A DNA stretch of 64,000 nucleotides from a virus: positions 1-64,000 of the IMG/VR virus record IMGVR_UViG_3300048548_000653. One strand, written 5' to 3'. The position numbers and the translations under genes were made by a program. The notes beneath the pieces are model-generated. The model saw only the letters and a list, made by a program, of their open reading frames with translations, was not told where the DNA came from and searched no databases. Below, one piece after another: positions 57,308-64,000 of this stretch (the first letter of the stretch is position 1; each line of letters starts with the position of its first letter).

Positions 57308-57679
57308 TTATTTATCATCAACTATACCAAAAAGAATATTAATTTTTTCTCCTTTTGTAATAAAAATTGGCTGATCGAAATTCGCAGTTTCATTTAATTC
57401 GGTCACAAAAGGAACCAGCATAAAATCTTTGCATAGCATTTCTAAATTTAAAGCGTCTTCATATTCAACAGTAAAATTCAATTGCCAAGCTTTATTGTCG
57501 CCAAATACATCGTTTTTAGTTATAAAAGGATCAAAGTTAATAGTTGGGTTTACCCTAAGTCCAATTGTGTTTATCACTGTGAGAAAGTTTTGTTTTTGTC
57601 CATATAAAATTTTGTCTTCTCTTGAAGTCCTTGGATGATTTGTAATATCAACTGTGGTTATTAAATAAAAGTTAGTATG
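57308..57679 (-). CDS. hypothetical phage protein
   Basis: TTVDIT, QNF.T..TIGLR.N. Confidence 0.6.
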   Translation of the reverse strand, partial: HTNFYLITTVDITNHPRTSREDKILYGQKQNFLTVINTIGLRVNPTINFDPFITKNDVFGDNKAWQLNFTVEYEDALNLEMLCKDFMLVPFVTELNETANFDQPIFITKGEKINILFGIVDDK

Positions 57680-58226
57680 CATAGCCGTATTCAATAATAT
57701 CCTTTAGGAATATATCCCAAACCAAGTCTCGTAATTCTGGTGTATATAAATCTTTATAATTGTGTTCTCTAGATAAGTTTAACACAGGCAAGGGCTTATT
57801 GCAACCTAATAGTTCTTGTATCTGTACAAAGTCATCTTCCAGTGTTTCGTATTTGAGTATAATAGTATGTGTACCAAACCAACTGTGCTGTGGAGTATGC
57901 AATCTATACCAATTACGAGCCCAAAGTAAAAAGGGTTGATAACTTAAATTAGTTTCAAAGTTGCTTACTCTACTCAACAACCACTGCTTGAAGTTTGTTC
58001 TGCCGCCGTCGCTGAACATATACCAACTTGCCATCCTTGCCCAAGGATTGCGTACAACACCAAATGTTTTTTGTGTGCGTGGAAAGTATTCGTTGACTTC
58101 TACAATGTGTCCGTGCTTACGGCCTTCAATAGTGGTAAAGTTTGTGTCTAGCCAATTCGAAATACTGGTGCCAGCAGTTTTAGGATTATGTATAAATGTG
58201 ACTTGCTCATTAGGTAGGTGTCGCAT
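57672..58226 (-). CDS. sulfotransferase family 2 protein
   Basis: FIHNPKTAGTS, VRNPW.R.ASWY, KYETL, D...YGY. Confidence 0.85.
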   Translation of the reverse strand: MRHLPNEQVTFIHNPKTAGTSISNWLDTNFTTIEGRKHGHIVEVNEYFPRTQKTFGVVRNPWARMASWYMFSDGGRTNFKQWLLSRVSNFETNLSYQPFLLWARNWYRLHTPQHSWFGTHTIILKYETLEDDFVQIQELLGCNKPLPVLNLSREHNYKDLYTPELRDLVWDIFLKDIIEYGYAY

Positions 58227-58242
58227 ACTATATTTACAGTCA

Positions 58243-58274
58243 CAAAAAAAGGCCCACTTAAAAAGTGAGCCTTA
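58243..58274 (-). terminator. intrinsic terminator
   Basis: AAGGCTCACTT-TTT-AAGTGGGCCTTTTTTT. Confidence 0.7.
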
Positions 58275-58297
58275 ATTATTATTAAGTTAATTAAAAC

Positions 58298-58645
58298 TTA
58301 TGCTGCGTCGAACGCATCCAAATCACGGATAAGAACAACTTGTGATGATAAATCAATACCGTCTACTGTTCCTAATGCTTGGTGTCTAGCTGTCAAAGAC
58401 GCTGCATCTGAATGATGTCCGTCGATGATTGCAAAGATTTTACCTGCTGTACCTGTTGATTTGTACATTAATGGTGAAAACTCACGTACGATTGTTTCAA
58501 TCGCTCCGCCAATTCCGTCTTTTGCTGCTAATGAAGCACCAGCGTCGATTTCGATCGCTGTAATTTGTGATGTGCTGTACTGTTCGCCGTGATCATAACC
58601 TGATCCTGTTCCCGCTACTGGGTTTACTCTTGTGAAAGCTGCCAT
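58298..58645 (-). CDS. small virion structural protein
   Basis: Late promoter, strong RBS, own terminator; MAAFTRVN. Confidence 0.6.
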   Translation of the reverse strand: MAAFTRVNPVAGTGSGYDHGEQYSTSQITAIEIDAGASLAAKDGIGGAIETIVREFSPLMYKSTGTAGKIFAIIDGHHSDAASLTARHQALGTVDGIDLSSQVVLIRDLDAFDAA

Positions 58646-58728
58646 TTTAATCTCCTATGTTCTCTAATGACCACTCCATTCTCTATGGAGTTTCTTATAT
58701 TGTATTTAGTATATTGAGATAAAAACGG

Positions 58729-59598
58729 TTACTTACGGGCTTTTTTTGCACGATTATGCAATATTTTAAGTTGATCTATATATGCAGGACCTGCTTTTAC
58801 AATGTCGTGAACTATCATAACCAACGGAAAGTACGCTGATGCAATGCTTGCAGGTATTGTTTGACCTTTGCTGATCATATTTAAAAAACGACTTACAAAA
58901 GGTAAACTGTTTACTGGCAGTATCAATCTATACATTTGTACGTCTGCCATACCCATTTTATCCGGTGTGCTTATTTTTGGTTCTGGATCAGTAGCATTAA
59001 AATCTTCTAAGTTATTATCACCAGCAAACTTGCTGAACATAGGCATAACATCACTATCACTTAATTTACTTCTAGCCGCAAACAATAAACGTGTAATGGT
59101 TGTTTTTCTTTCTGCTTGTGTGTCAGTGTTAAATGTATTCAGCCTTCTACGTATTTCTCTATATTGAGGATTAGATATATCTAAATCGGATTCTATCAAT
59201 GCTAATGCTTTAATGTCTTCCGGAGTAACACTATCGCCGCTTGCAAGACGTCTAAGGAAGCCATTTAGTTTTCCTACACTAATGACTGTAGTTTTTCTTA
59301 ATTTTGCAGCTGAATCAAAATCTTTTAATTTTTTTAGAGCAGATTCATCACCCATTATAAAATAATAAAGATTGAACAAATCTGTGCTGTCAATTCTAAA
59401 ACGATTATATTCTCTAAACATTACAGTTTTGTATGCATATTTCATAGCATCAGTTTTATGTTTGCGATAAAAACGCATAGCTTGTAAACAAAGGATTGTG
59501 AGGTATGCTTTTTCTTTACAGTCAGTGTAAGATAGCAAACGCTGATTTCTTGCATCACGAGTCATTCTTGACTCCTGTAAATCTTTTATGAAATTCAT
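58729..59598 (-). CDS. hypothetical late protein
   Basis: MNFIKDLQESRM leader. Confidence 0.65.
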   Translation of the reverse strand: MNFIKDLQESRMTRDARNQRLLSYTDCKEKAYLTILCLQAMRFYRKHKTDAMKYAYKTVMFREYNRFRIDSTDLFNLYYFIMGDESALKKLKDFDSAAKLRKTTVISVGKLNGFLRRLASGDSVTPEDIKALALIESDLDISNPQYREIRRRLNTFNTDTQAERKTTITRLLFAARSKLSDSDVMPMFSKFAGDNNLEDFNATDPEPKISTPDKMGMADVQMYRLILPVNSLPFVSRFLNMISKGQTIPASIASAYFPLVMIVHDIVKAGPAYIDQLKILHNRAKKARK

Positions 59599-59849
59599 CT
59601 TCGCTTGCTTTCTTTTATTTTTTCTACACCAACTTTAAATTTTTTACTACTACCAGCTTTGATGCTATTGATCAATCTTCTTTCAAGATCAATAGCTTGC
59701 TCAGTATCATATATTTTATGCACTTGTTCAAGTAGATTTACTGCACTATCAATAATGTTAGTGCCTGTAGTCTGAATAAAATCATCACTGCGTTCTTCAA
59801 CACGTAGATTACTTAATTCTTCTAATATACTTCTAGTGCGTTTTCTCAT
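59595..59849 (-). CDS. hypothetical phage protein
   Basis: RTRSILEEL; TAAATA upstream. Confidence 0.65.
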   Translation of the reverse strand: MRKRTRSILEELSNLRVEERSDDFIQTTGTNIIDSAVNLLEQVHKIYDTEQAIDLERRLINSIKAGSSKKFKVGVEKIKESKRR

Positions 59850-59856
59850 ACTGTAT

Positions 59857-60615
59857 TTATATCATTTTTTCTATGTTGGCAATATAGTTGACCATACTAT
59901 GATCAGAGAAGCTATCAATGCCACCTTGCTTGATACCCATCCACATACCACGCCAGCGATCTTTTGTACGCTGCCAAGTTGTGAGTTTACGCTCTAAGCC
60001 GTGTGCATTCATATAATGTTCTGTGCCGTGATGCACATAACCCATAGCTCTTAATGGCACTCTAGTAACAATATCATTATTGTTTACCCAACGATGATGT
60101 GCTACATTTAAACTACGACAGTAACCACGCCATCCTACTCTTGGCGAACCGTATGTGTACACTTCCTGTATATCTGGCATATCAACATCGCAGTTGCATC
60201 TACTAGCCATAATAGTTGTCATAGCAGCACCTAAACTATGTCCGCAAAACCAAATGTTCTTGTCTCGGTTAGTTTTACGTGCTAGGTCTTCAGATACCAT
60301 AGGCCATAGCTCATCTACTTCTGCTTTGAATCCTCTGTGTACTCTACTGACTGTTTCTGCTATCACTGGTGTTGCTTTCAAATCAGCCTTAATATCGTTA
60401 AACTCACTTGGTTGCGTTCCTCTACAAGCAATTACTAAATCTATCTTATTCATAAATCGATATGCCTGTGCTCCGTCTTTGTTGTAAAATTCTACTGTAG
60501 TAAACCCTAATTTTCTAACATCTTTTTTTACTTGGTCTATATTGTCATTGTATGCTATACTTGCTAGTTTTGCAAATAGTAAACTTCGTTCCATAAATTT
60601 CATTTCTGTAATCAT
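59857..60615 (-). CDS. class 3 lipase
   Basis: ACRGT, VHRGF, GHSLGAA, YTYGSPRVG, NNDIVTRVP, DHSM. Confidence 0.92.
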   Translation of the reverse strand: MITEMKFMERSLLFAKLASIAYNDNIDQVKKDVRKLGFTTVEFYNKDGAQAYRFMNKIDLVIACRGTQPSEFNDIKADLKATPVIAETVSRVHRGFKAEVDELWPMVSEDLARKTNRDKNIWFCGHSLGAAMTTIMASRCNCDVDMPDIQEVYTYGSPRVGWRGYCRSLNVAHHRWVNNNDIVTRVPLRAMGYVHHGTEHYMNAHGLERKLTTWQRTKDRWRGMWMGIKQGGIDSFSDHSMVNYIANIEKMI

Positions 60616-60633
60616 TTTGCCCTCCTAAATAAA

Positions 60634-61155
60634 TTACATCGGTGTGAACCTCACGTTTTCAATTACCCAGTCGATAGGTTCTTCATATGCAAATTGCAGC
60701 ATATACCTATCGTGTTCATTGTTTGTTACACTATGAATCCACTCTCCTGTATTTAATATCACAGCGTTCTCTTTGTAATAGTATGTATGCCTTTTTTCAT
60801 CTGCATCAAAGAAGTCAACAGGAGCAAACACATCCAGTGACGGAGACAGATACCAACTTACACTGCTACTCTTTTTTGTGTATTGGACAAAGTCAATATG
60901 CCTTGGAACTGGGTCGTATGGCGGATTATGTAATAGATAAACATTGTGGGGAAGTATATTCACACATTTTAACAAAGGCTTCATATCAAGGTACGGAACG
61001 TTCCTACTAATGCCGTGCATAGTTCTTTCTTTGTCTTTTTTAGCGTACTGGCCGTATCTAGTATATGTTGCCTTTTTAGCAACCTTTAGCATTTTTTTCC
61101 TAAAGTCGTCTGTGATAAAATGTTTTAGTTCGTGCCAAAAAGGTCCTTGATGCAT
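60634..61155 (-). CDS. 2OG-Fe(II) oxygenase-like protein
   Basis: PRHID, IHSVTN, RYMLQ. Confidence 0.6.
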   Translation of the reverse strand: MHQGPFWHELKHFITDDFRKKMLKVAKKATYTRYGQYAKKDKERTMHGISRNVPYLDMKPLLKCVNILPHNVYLLHNPPYDPVPRHIDFVQYTKKSSSVSWYLSPSLDVFAPVDFFDADEKRHTYYYKENAVILNTGEWIHSVTNNEHDRYMLQFAYEEPIDWVIENVRFTPM

Positions 61156-61190
61156 AATGTCCTCTCTACTTACTATTAATTATACAAAAT

Positions 61191-61219
61191 AAAAAAAATG
61201 GGTGCTAACCTTGGCACCC
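61191..61219 (-). terminator. intrinsic terminator after transporter
   Basis: GGGTGC-CAAGGTTA-GCACCC-ATTTTTTTT. Confidence 0.7.
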
Positions 61220-61256
61220 GGCGTGTGTATTACGTCACAACCCGACCCTATGGGTA

Positions 61257-62228
61257 TTAAAGGCCGTTAGGCACAATAATATAATGGATCATCAACACAA
61301 GTGCAACACTTGCACCCAAGCCTACCATCATCTTACCAAAATCCTTTGCAACAAGTGGAAACACCGACTTGGTTTTCTTCTTGCCAAAGTATGTTGCCAT
61401 TGCCAACTCACGACCTGCTAACAAACCAACAAATACCCAAGTTGTACTCATTGGAATGTCATTCAACTCTTTGAAGAAGTAAAGACACAACCAATAAAAC
61501 AAGTCAATCAAGGTTGCACTTCTAACGTAGCGTGTGTTGTGTTTCTCTAGTACAATCTTTTGGATCTTACCACCACGTTCTCTAAACATAAAGAACAAGC
61601 CTGCAACAAACACAACGCTGACGAACACCATTAAGTCTGCTGGTACTTCACGTGGAAGAAACACTGCAATATTTGCAACATCGTGTGACAACCAAGTGAA
61701 CCACAATCCGCCTGTTGCTACCCATTGTGCAATACGCCAAAACTTTTTATTGCCTTCGCTCACTGGTTTTGTTTCGTCATACCACTTGCCAAAGTATTTG
61801 TGTATAGCAAACCATACTGCATAAGCAAATGCGGCTGCTACACCATAACCCATAATGCTTTTCATCAGCATCTTCTCTAGCACAAAGGTACTAGCAAACA
61901 CTGACAGCACCAAGAAACTTGTGCTAACTGGCACACCCATCCTTGTAAGTGCTACAAGTATAGCAGGTGCGGCTGCGTGATACCATTGTACTTCTTGGAA
62001 AGGTATTTTGTTTAAGCGACCATAACTGATATCGCCTCCGTTCATATACCATCCATACCAGAGTGTATATAATAAAACAGCCGAAGCGGCTGCCCATAAT
62101 ACTTTAAAGTTGAATCGCTCGTTGTTTGATGCCATCCAAGTACCGAGCGTTTGTACTGAATCGTTTGCTATAACTGCATAGGCAGCTAGTAAGAAGCCAA
62201 CAAGGCTCCATAGTGTGAGTAGTTCCAT
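61257..62228 (-). CDS. PiT-like phosphate/anion transporter
   Basis: ANDSVQT and HDVAN repeats, PVSTS and PMSTT; about 9-10 TM segments. Confidence 0.7.
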   Translation of the reverse strand: MELLTLWSLVGFLLAAYAVIANDSVQTLGTWMASNNERFNFKVLWAAASAVLLYTLWYGWYMNGGDISYGRLNKIPFQEVQWYHAAAPAILVALTRMGVPVSTSFLVLSVFASTFVLEKMLMKSIMGYGVAAAFAYAVWFAIHKYFGKWYDETKPVSEGNKKFWRIAQWVATGGLWFTWLSHDVANIAVFLPREVPADLMVFVSVVFVAGLFFMFRERGGKIQKIVLEKHNTRYVRSATLIDLFYWLCLYFFKELNDIPMSTTWVFVGLLAGRELAMATYFGKKKTKSVFPLVAKDFGKMMVGLGASVALVLMIHYIIVPNGL

Positions 62229-62427
62229 TTCGTTCTCCTTTGTTTGACGGCTTTACCCCGTCGCTCACAAATGTAACTTTTATAAGTTACAATTTTAATT
62301 ATCATTTGTCAACCTGATCATAAATAAAACGGCCAGAAAAGAGAAGTTATTCACACCTTCGACCTGACACGTTGAAAAGACAACGGGCGTCCGCCATATA
62401 AGACAGCATTACATATTGGAGAAAACA

Positions 62428-62619
62428 ATGACAACTATAGCAAACCTGCTTGGTAGTGTAATGACTGCGGTCAGACTACCAAGAAGAAAATCAGGATTGA
62501 TGAAGATCAATCACAACCTTGAAACTTATGTTAAGACAGAATTTAACAAAGGTGATCAGGCATACGTCTTAGACTGTATGCTACGTGGAGACACTCTCGA
62601 CAGACGTAACATAATATAA
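62428..62619 (+). CDS. small hypothetical protein
   Basis: GGAG RBS; YVKTEF..D. Confidence 0.6.
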   Translation: MTTIANLLGSVMTAVRLPRRKSGLMKINHNLETYVKTEFNKGDQAYVLDCMLRGDTLDRRNII

Positions 62620-62627
62620 ACTAAAAT

Positions 62628-62659
62628 AGTAGGGCAGCTTCACAGTTGCCCTATTTTTC
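62628..62659 (+). terminator. intrinsic terminator
   Basis: TAGGGCAGC-TTCACA-GTTGCCCTA-TTTTT. Confidence 0.75.
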
Positions 62660-62819
62660 TGGGTGCGCAGATATGCACAGTTGCATTGTACGCATATCGG
62701 GTTTTTGCTATTTGCACTTGTTTTTCACGGTTATACGTGTTAAATATAATTGTAGAAGGAGAAAAACTAACGCAAGTTAGACTCGGATCACACATACATA
62801 TATAGATAGGAAAAAATAA

Positions 62820-63080
62820 ATGACTACTTTAGTAGCAAATACCTTTGAGATTGTTGGATTACACGGCATCGCCAACTTTTTCAAAAAACTAGGTGCCGAA
62901 CTCAAAAGACGTAGACGCATTCGTCAAACAATTAACGAACTATCAAGACTTACAAACCACGAACTAAACGACATTGGTCTTAGTCGCGGAGACATTTGGT
63001 ATGTTGCAAACCAGTCATACCCAAAAGCACTAAGTGGCGAAGCTGTAGAAGCAAACCGCAACTTGAGAGGTTGGGTATAA
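62820..63080 (+). CDS. DUF1127 (YjiS-like) protein
   Basis: RRRRIRQTINELSRLTNHELNDIGLSRGDI. Confidence 0.9.
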   Translation: MTTLVANTFEIVGLHGIANFFKKLGAELKRRRRIRQTINELSRLTNHELNDIGLSRGDIWYVANQSYPKALSGEAVEANRNLRGWV

Positions 63081-63271
63081 TGGAAGCAGTAGGAAACACC
63101 CCCGTACCAACACCAAAGTTTATCAAAACACTTGGCAAATATGTCGTTGCATTTGCAATGGGCGTATGGGCATTTGGTGAATCGGCAGGCAGAGCAAGAG
63201 CAGCCGCTGAACTATCACGCCAAGGCTACTACAAAGAAGCCAAAGCACTTATGTTGGATGACAACAGATGA
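63080..63271 (+). CDS. small hypothetical protein
   Basis: [22 protein letters not shown]. Confidence 0.65.
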   Translation: MEAVGNTPVPTPKFIKTLGKYVVAFAMGVWAFGESAGRARAAAELSRQGYYKEAKALMLDDNR

Positions 63272-63489
63272 CAGGTGATATAGCAACAATGGGCGCAATG
63301 ATTGGCGCCGGACTAGCAACATTCGGAATGGGTGGCGCTGCCATCGCAGTAGGAATGATTGTTGGTAGTGTACTCAAAGTTATGCCTAAGAAGCCTGACA
63401 ATGGTACAATGTTTGTCGGTGTTGCATTTGCAGAAGCATTAGGTATATTCGCATTCTTAGTAGCACTCCTACTAATGTTTGCTGTCTAA
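63268..63489 (+). CDS. atpE: F0F1 ATP synthase c subunit homolog with altered loop
   Basis: [38 protein letters not shown]. Confidence 0.9.
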   Translation: MTGDIATMGAMIGAGLATFGMGGAAIAVGMIVGSVLKVMPKKPDNGTMFVGVAFAEALGIFAFLVALLLMFAV

Positions 63490-63710
63490 TGGTAGGCGAT
63501 CAACACATAGAGATATCAGCACAGGTAGTACAGAAGCTAGGGTTTTATATGTTTGTAGTAATGACTTCATTGCTTATTATATGTATAGCCTTTGGCTTCT
63601 ACGCTGTGATTGATCAGTTCAAACAACCAAATTGGCAAGAAGCGTGTATCGCACAAGGCGGTGTACCAGTACAAATAGAAAAGTCAACATACGACTGCAA
63701 AGGAATATAA
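63489..63710 (+). CDS. small membrane protein
   Basis: TM segment then C..QGG.....C. Confidence 0.6.
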   Translation: MVGDQHIEISAQVVQKLGFYMFVVMTSLLIICIAFGFYAVIDQFKQPNWQEACIAQGGVPVQIEKSTYDCKGI

Positions 63711-63711
63711 T

Positions 63712-63846
63712 ATGTTTAAGAAGTTTATGAAAGCAATGGAATACAGAAGTTATTGTATGGCAATCAGGGAACTTAGAAGCAGAGGCTATTATAAAAAAGC
63801 TGAAGAAATCTCTGAGTACAAACACAAAATGTTTCCGACCTACTAA
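63712..63846 (+). CDS. 44 aa protein, paralog of 63080-63271 (not in ORF track)
   Basis: MFKKFMKAMEYRSYCMAIRELRSRGYYKKAEEI... Confidence 0.6.
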   Translation: MFKKFMKAMEYRSYCMAIRELRSRGYYKKAEEISEYKHKMFPTY

Positions 63847-63913
63847 TAGGTTGACAAACGCTAAATAATACGTTAGATTAATAACACTACACACATACAC
63901 ATAGGAGAATATA

Positions 63914-64000
63914 ATGAGCGTAGACACAAAGTACGGCGAAGCCATCTTTAAACAAACACAGGAAGTTGCTGAAATGTTTAAAGCCGCAATGCCTAAAATC
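63914..64000 (+). CDS. partial CDS (MSVDTKYGEAIFK...)
   Basis: TTGACA-N17-TAGATT promoter and AGGAG RBS. Confidence 0.6.
   Translation, partial: MSVDTKYGEAIFKQTQEVAEMFKAAMPKI

Noticed and set aside
601-61824. Numerous 60-150 aa plus-strand ORFs opposite long genes
   Set aside because: They are antisense shadows of well-supported minus-strand CDSs, with no RBS or recognisable motifs
63080-63270. Cuckoo/CcsR (CCUCCUCCC) sRNAs after DUF1127
   Set aside because: The motif is absent and the next CDS starts immediately

Overview
This is an AT-rich, gene-dense segment of a large marine T4-like or jumbo myovirus genome, transcribed almost entirely from the minus strand. Sigma70-type TTGACA-N17-TAnnnT early promoters and TAAATA late promoters recur, and it encodes a PAAR/gp5.4-like spike, NrdAB with glutaredoxin, and a free-standing GIY-YIG endonuclease. 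The host is very probably a Rhodobacteraceae/Roseobacter-group alphaproteobacterium, judging from the permuted two-piece tmRNA (tag ANDNRAPAMAIAA), Rhodobacter-like AtpE, porin, pseudoazurin and DUF1127. Host-derived genes cover translation and proteostasis (4 tRNAs, tmRNA, IF-1, bS21, ClpP, ClpS, Hsp20 with a ROSE-like thermometer), metabolism (HemO-PcyX, GuaC, class I aldolase, PRTase, desaturase, YhhQ, PiT-like transporter, radical SAM and 2OG enzymes) and a probable restriction-modification pair. The most unusual items are: (1) a late-expressed CsgF-CsgG-curlin-FecR-curlin-OMP-autotransporter-CHASE2 cyclase cluster; (2) a candidate programmed -1 frameshift (A AAA AAG plus hairpin) extending a prohead-core-like protein; (3) a recurrent GAGGGC motif in hairpin loops and at ribosome-binding sites of envelope and lytic genes; (4) an ATP-synthase c subunit that has lost its F1-coupling loop; (5) a tRNA-Ser with a rare ACU anticodon. 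All calls come from reading motifs by eye; no database search was run.
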